From contig CBDCLE010000012.1 in assembly GCA_965218585.1 (NCBI GenBank), positions 32,001-96,000 on the forward strand: a stretch of DNA of 64,000 nucleotides. The letters run 5' to 3'. This DNA comes from Terriglobia bacterium. GTDB taxonomy: Bacteria > Acidobacteriota > Terriglobia > 20CM-2-55-15. Position numbers and translations under genes: made by a program. This document shows, one piece after another, positions 59,039-64,000 of this stretch; the stretch's first letter is position 1; the number at the start of each line of letters is the position of its first letter. The notes under the pieces are model-generated. The model searched no databases and was not told the DNA's origin. It saw only the letters and a list, made by a program, of their open reading frames with translations.

Positions 59039-60847
59039 ATGAATCTCCGTAACATCGCTATCGTCGCACACGTCGATCACGGCAAGACGACACTCGTCGA
59101 CGCCATGCTCTGGCAGAGCGGCACGTTTAGCGAACACGAGGCCGTGCAGGATCGGGTCATGGATTCTATGGATCTCGAGCGTGAAAAAGGCATCACGATC
59201 ATGGCCAAGAACACGGCCATCCGATACGGCGACGTCAAAATCAACATCGTCGACACACCCGGACACGCTGACTTCGGAGGTGAAGTGGAACGGACGCTGG
59301 GAATGGTCGACGGCATCATGTTGCTGGTCGATGCCGCAGAAGGTCCCCTGCCCCAGACCCGCTTCGTCCTGTCCAAAGCCCTGGAACTGGAGCTCCCGGC
59401 CATCGTCGTCATCAACAAGATCGATCGCAAGGACGCACGTCCCGAAGAAGTACTCAATGAAATCTACGACTTGTTCATCGATCTCGACGCAGCGGAGCAC
59501 CAGATCGAGTTCCCTGTTGTCTATTCGATTGCACGGGAAGGCAAGTGCGCTCGCTCGCTCGGGACTGAGCTCACTGACCTGCGGCCCCTGTTCGACACGA
59601 TCGTTGACCATATTCCTGCCCCGTCCGGCGAAGCAGACCGTTCTTTCCAGATGTTGGTCACGACCGTTCAGCCGGACGATTACCGGGGGCCACTCGCCAT
59701 CGGTCGGATTGTCGCAGGGTCCATCCGCGCCCGGGAGAAGGTCGCGCTATGCCACCGCGACGGATCACAGACCCAGGGTGAAGTGACCGAATTGTTCGTC
59801 TACGAGGGCCTGGAACGTGTCTCTGCCGAGGAAGCTGGCCCGGGAGAAATCGTTGCCGTAGCCGGCTTGACGGGAATCGGCCTCGGCGAAAGCCTTGCGG
59901 ACGGCGAGGATCCTCATCCGCTCGCGCCGCTCCACATCGACGAGCCGACGATGTCGATGGAGTTTTCGATCAACGACTCTCCGTTCAGCGGCAAGGAGGG
60001 ACCCTACGTCACCTCACGCCACTTGAGGGAACGCCTCATGAAGGAGGCTCGCAACAACCTGGCTATGCGGGTGGAGACGACTGATTCTCCGGATCGCTTC
60101 CAGGTGTTTGGTCGAGGGGAATTGCAGCTGGCGATTCTGATCGAACAGATGCGTCGCGAAGGTTACGAGTTCTCGGTCGGGATGCCACGCGTCATCACCA
60201 AGAACGTCAACGGAGGCACACACGAACCGTTCGAGCTGGCTATGATCGACACCCCGGAAGAATATATGGGTGTCATCATGCAGAAGCTCGGAACACGGAA
60301 AGGCGTGATGGGGAAGATGGTCAATCACGGTTCGGGCCGCGTTCGCCTGGAATTTGACGTCCCCAGCCGGGGCCTCATCGGATACCGGACCGAATTTCTC
60401 ACAGACACGAAAGGCACCGGGATCCTCACACACATGTTCAATGAGTTCAGGTCGTGGGCGGGTGAAATCAAACACAGGGGAACGGGCGCTCTTGTCGCCG
60501 ACAGGCAGGGACCAGTCACAGGGTACGCTGTCATCAATCTCCAGGAGCGCGGGGAACTCTTCGTCGCACCGACCGATGAGGTCTACCGCGGCATGCTGGT
60601 CGGAGAAAACAGCCGGGACGCCGATCTCGACGTCAACATCACCAAGGAAAAGAAGCTGACCAACATGCGGGCATCAGTGTCTGACACCTACGAGAAGATA
60701 GTCCCGCCCCTCAGAATGTCCCTGGAACAATCCATCGAATTCATCCGTGAAGACGAACTGATCGAAGTCACGCCCAATAGCCTCAGGCTTCGCAAACGCC
60801 ACCTGGACTCGAACGACAGAAAGTACTATGCCAACCGAACAAGTTAG
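59039..60847 (+). CDS. typA: Translational GTPase TypA/BipA
   Basis: [50 protein letters not shown]. Confidence 0.96.
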   Translation: MNLRNIAIVAHVDHGKTTLVDAMLWQSGTFSEHEAVQDRVMDSMDLEREKGITIMAKNTAIRYGDVKINIVDTPGHADFGGEVERTLGMVDGIMLLVDAAEGPLPQTRFVLSKALELELPAIVVINKIDRKDARPEEVLNEIYDLFIDLDAAEHQIEFPVVYSIAREGKCARSLGTELTDLRPLFDTIVDHIPAPSGEADRSFQMLVTTVQPDDYRGPLAIGRIVAGSIRAREKVALCHRDGSQTQGEVTELFVYEGLERVSAEEAGPGEIVAVAGLTGIGLGESLADGEDPHPLAPLHIDEPTMSMEFSINDSPFSGKEGPYVTSRHLRERLMKEARNNLAMRVETTDSPDRFQVFGRGELQLAILIEQMRREGYEFSVGMPRVITKNVNGGTHEPFELAMIDTPEEYMGVIMQKLGTRKGVMGKMVNHGSGRVRLEFDVPSRGLIGYRTEFLTDTKGTGILTHMFNEFRSWAGEIKHRGTGALVADRQGPVTGYAVINLQERGELFVAPTDEVYRGMLVGENSRDADLDVNITKEKKLTNMRASVSDTYEKIVPPLRMSLEQSIEFIREDELIEVTPNSLRLRKRHLDSNDRKYYANRTS

Positions 60848-61660
60848 AGCGTGTTAACACTAATGAGCATGAATGTTTTATAATCAGGCATGGAGATCAC
60901 ACAGGAGCAGTATTGTCGCATCGAGCCGGAACTGCCGCGTCAGCGGGGCAACGTCAGTCTTTCGAACCTGACGGTCTTGAACGCCATTTTGTATGTGGCT
61001 GAGCAGGGCTGCAAGTGGCGCGGTCTGCCCAAGCGCTTTGGCAACTGGCACACCATCTACACCCGGATGAACCGCTGGTCCAAGAACGGGGTGCTCGACG
61101 CCGTCTTCGAAAAACTCCAGCGCGAGCAACTGGTGCGCATCCGGGTGGAAGCCGTTTCGATGGACTCGACCATTGTGAAGGTGCATCCCGACGGCACGGG
61201 AGCGTTAAAAAAAACGGTCCGCAAGCGATCGGCAAATCCCGCGGTGGATGGACCACCAAGATTCATCTGGTTGCCGCGAATGCTCGAACGGCGATAACGT
61301 TTGCGCTCTCGCCCGGCCAAGCGCACGACGCCCCGCAGGGCCGCGATCTGCTCGCCGGCCTGGGGCCGTTGCCCGCGCCGCTGCCGCTGCTGATGGACCG
61401 TGCCTACCAGGACGACCAGACCCGCCAATTGGCTCTGGATTTTGGGTGGATTCCCGTCGTGCCGCCCAAGCGCAACCGCCTGGAGCCGTGGGAATACGAC
61501 CGCGTGCTCTACCGCCGCAGGAACGAAGTCGAGAGGCTCTTCCGCCGACTCAAGGGTTTTCGGCGTATCTTCTCCCGTTTCGATAAACTCGACGTCATGT
61601 TCCTCGCCTTCCTTCACTTCGCACTCATCGTCGAGGCACTACGTTAGTGTTAACACACCC
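60847..61660 (+). mobile_element. IS5-family element (IS427-like, two-ORF)
   Basis: IRs GAGCGTGTTAACACTAA / TTAGTGTTAACACACCC (15/17); TA flanking both ends; 814 bp. Confidence 0.9.
60890..61647 (+). CDS. IS5-family transposase OrfA/OrfB joined by a probable programmed -1 frameshift
   Basis: OrfA has GCKWRGLP..FGNWHTIY.R..RW and DST; A-run at about 61207-61214; OrfB has IGKSRGGWTTKIH, DRAY, RNEVERLFRRLK. Confidence 0.88.
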
Positions 61661-61741
61661 TAGTTAGTTCGTTGCATCCAACTGGCAGCTCCAGTCACTC
61701 CGTATCGTCGTTTCTCGGTTCCCTTATTCCTGAAACTAGAA

Positions 61742-62013
61742 GTGGCCTGTACCACCCATATTGGGACCAGCGCCGATGGGTCTTGCGGGCGAGATCGCGG
61801 CGCGAGACGGAAATTGATGTTTTCGCATCCATGACGGCTCGTAACAAAGATATCGCCCGCAACTCCCATCGGCCCGTAGGGTTACGGCGAAACAACATCG
61901 TCTTCGTTGTCGTCCCCTCCTCCGAATGACGGAGCATTTCCTCGTCGCCGACTCCTAAGAATCCAATGCCGTTTGGCCGCAACGCTGGTCCCCATATGGG
62001 TGGTACAGGCCAC
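61742..62013. mobile_element. 272-bp MITE
   Basis: 31-bp TIRs GTGGCCTGTACCACCCATAT(T/G)GGGACCAGCG with 1 mismatch; TAGAA direct repeat at 61737-61741 and 62014-62018; no transposase inside. Confidence 0.85.
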
Positions 62014-62978
62014 TAGAAACGAGAAATCACCACACGAAATCCGATAGTGGGATTGCGTACCCCAGGATCGACCCGGCCGCGAATGGCCGCACGGAGATTG
62101 TTCTCTGCATCGCTGAATGATCCGCCTCGCATTACCCAGAGCGCATCCGCCTCCAAATCGTCGCGATCGTCCGTTGCATCGTAGGGATACGACTGGTAAG
62201 GACTACGGGTTAACTCCCAAACGTTTCCACTCATGTCGGACAGATCGAAAGCACATTCCGGACACTCGAAACTGCCCACGGGCGTAGTGCCCGTTCCTCC
62301 GTAGTTGGCCCGGTCATTCATGGGCTGGTTTCCCCAGGGATAAATGCGACCGTCCGTTCCCCTGGCCGCTTTCTCCCATTCCGCCTCGCTGGGAAGACTG
62401 ACTTGTCCTCCGTCACGGAGTATCTGACCGAGTTCTGATGGCGTCTCGGACCACTCTTCAAGTGTCGCCTCAAGCCATCGTGAATAGGCAAGTGCATCTG
62501 TCCAAGAGACGTTCACGACAGGATGATCTGGCGCACCACGAAGAGTCTGATCGTCGATCGTGTAATCGGTCTCCTCGACGAACGCACTGAACTGCGCAAC
62601 AGTGACTTCAGTCCTGCCTATATAGAATGTCGGAAGGTCCACCATCCCCTGTCGCTCGGTGTCGGACCAGCGTTCGTTTTCAAAGGCCATCCGGTCTGTG
62701 GCAGGGTCGCTTCCCATCACAAACGATCCGGCTGGAATCTCGACGAAACCCAGTAATGCCTCATCCGGAAGATACCAGGCGTCCGTGCGAAACCCGTCCA
62801 GTTCTATCAAATCCTCCCCGGTCAGGATTCGATTTTCGGCCTCGCCGGGTGACGTCGACTGAGCACTCTCGTAGCTCATCCAAAACGCCACAAATACGAT
62901 CATGGCAACTAGAACAGTTATTCCGATGAATCCACGCGGCTTCTTTACCTGTTCCTCACCTACTGTTGAAACTGTCAT
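62013..62978 (-). CDS. Membrane-anchored FGE-sulfatase (SUMF1-like) domain protein
   Basis: TM, IPAGSFVMGS, PVVNVSW, LPSEAEWEKAARG, DMSGNVWE, RGGSF, GFR. Confidence 0.9.
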   Translation of the reverse strand: MTVSTVGEEQVKKPRGFIGITVLVAMIVFVAFWMSYESAQSTSPGEAENRILTGEDLIELDGFRTDAWYLPDEALLGFVEIPAGSFVMGSDPATDRMAFENERWSDTERQGMVDLPTFYIGRTEVTVAQFSAFVEETDYTIDDQTLRGAPDHPVVNVSWTDALAYSRWLEATLEEWSETPSELGQILRDGGQVSLPSEAEWEKAARGTDGRIYPWGNQPMNDRANYGGTGTTPVGSFECPECAFDLSDMSGNVWELTRSPYQSYPYDATDDRDDLEADALWVMRGGSFSDAENNLRAAIRGRVDPGVRNPTIGFRVVISRF

Positions 62979-63225
62979 AGTGAACCAACCGCTCTGTCAC
63001 AGGCAAAACTCCAGCCATGATTGCAGGCCCGATCGTATAGTTCCCGCTCGGGCATCAGCATGAGGTTGGGCCCGCCCTCACGCAGCAACAGCCTGAGGTC
63101 CAACTCGTGAGGGACCTCACGACCGAGTGTCTCCCGGTCCAGCAGATTCACACATCCCGCCTGAAATCTGAGTTCGCACGCCCTTCCGAAATAGCCCAAC
63201 GCGAGTGTTGACTCGGGGTCCACTA
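62975..63225 (-). pseudogene. 3' fragment of a gene interrupted by IS701
   Basis: Open frame VDPESTLALGYFGRACE...ACNHGWSFAC...* begins at the IS junction; its stop overlaps the FGE start. Confidence 0.6.
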
Positions 63226-64000
63226 TTACTACTATGTTACAAACGAAGCGGTCCACAGAACGGACAACGAGGAAGCTGCTGAATCAGGAAGCGGGCGATG
63301 CGAATGCGAAGCGTGGCAATCGAGCAGGGGTTATGTCGTTCGGGCCGGATCCGGGGTTCCGCGGGGTTTGAAGTGTTTGGGGAGTTTGGGGACGGATAGT
63401 CCAACATGCTCGACAAATGCAGAGGGGGAAAAACGGCTCCGCTCGGCGACCAGGAACCCATAAGAGGCAATACATAAGGTGCCATGATGGTGAAATCCAC
63501 GCCAGCCGCGACCTTCGTAGTGTCCCAGACCGAGTTCCTGCTTGAGTTCCTGATAGTCGCGTTCGATGATCCAGCGCTGTTTGGCCTGACCGGCCAGATC
63601 GGAAAGCGAGGTATGGGCCCCAAGAGTGGAGAGCCAGTACCGGATCGGTTCGGATGCGGTCTTGGGCCACTCGACCAACAACCACTCTTTCGGATGCGGC
63701 GAGTGGCGCTCGTGATCCAGATGAGCGGGACGAATGCGAACTGCGGCGAAACGGGAACGCAGGGTCTCGGAGGTGCCTTCGCGCCAGGAGACGTTCTTCC
63801 AACGCTGGGGAGACAACGAGAGGGCCAGTTGCTTGACCGAAACCGGTTGATGTTTCTTGTTGCGCTGCATGCGGGTCGGTGTCCGTCCGCGGCCGGTCAA
63901 GGATTTCGGCGGCAAGGGACCCTGGCCCGGTTTCCACACGGTCGTGGTGCCTTGCACCCCTAGGACGTAGCTAAGTCCGAGTTCGGTGATGCCGTGCCGG
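63226..64000 (-). mobile_element. IS701-family element, second copy (truncated by the window end)
   Basis: Matches about 35626-36390, with identical ORF translations in the track; transposase 3' part at 63331-64000. Confidence 0.93.

Noticed and set aside
62013-62978. Diversity-generating retroelement target (FGE/CLec fold)
   Set aside because: No template repeat differing at adenines and no reverse transcriptase in the window.
1-64000. CRISPR array or cas genes
   Set aside because: No regularly spaced direct repeats with unique spacers; the repeats seen are inverted and dispersed, and no Cas-like ORF is present.
35617-64000. Composite transposon bounded by the two IS701 copies
   Set aside because: Copy 1 has its own target duplication inside one gene, and the intervening DNA is core housekeeping synteny.

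Overview
This is a Gram-negative bacterial chromosome segment of roughly 55-60% GC (estimated by eye). It is probably Acidobacteriota, inferred from the synteny lolC-lolD-clpC-bamA-skp-fabZ-lpxA-lpxI...miaA-hfq-hflX and lptB-rpoN-hpf-rapZ-PTS-msbA-yicC-gmk-rpoZ-coaBC-udg-priA. Most of the window is housekeeping and envelope biogenesis, plus a two-gene microcompartment satellite (BMC-H shell protein and an acylating aldehyde dehydrogenase). The backbone carries many mobile and repetitive elements: IS1380, two IS701 copies, IS1182, IS5, a 272-bp MITE, REP-like palindromes and several families of short inverted-repeat elements beside stop codons. The most striking feature is a 4.87-kb cargo transposon at 35118-39983, with 17-bp TIRs and a 9-bp CCACAGAAG target duplication. 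It carries a SWIM-zinc-finger DDE transposase, a putative coiled-coil/winged-helix ORF whose stop codon lies inside a non-canonical tRNA-like cloverleaf (anticodon CGT, G1:A72 mismatch) just upstream of the transposase, and a secreted M48-type metallopeptidase cargo gene split by a nested IS701. It inserted into a back-to-back pair of DnaA-box-like sites. Most long genes between about 23.7 and 39.3 kb are frameshifted, most likely from local assembly indel errors, so pseudogene calls there are provisional.
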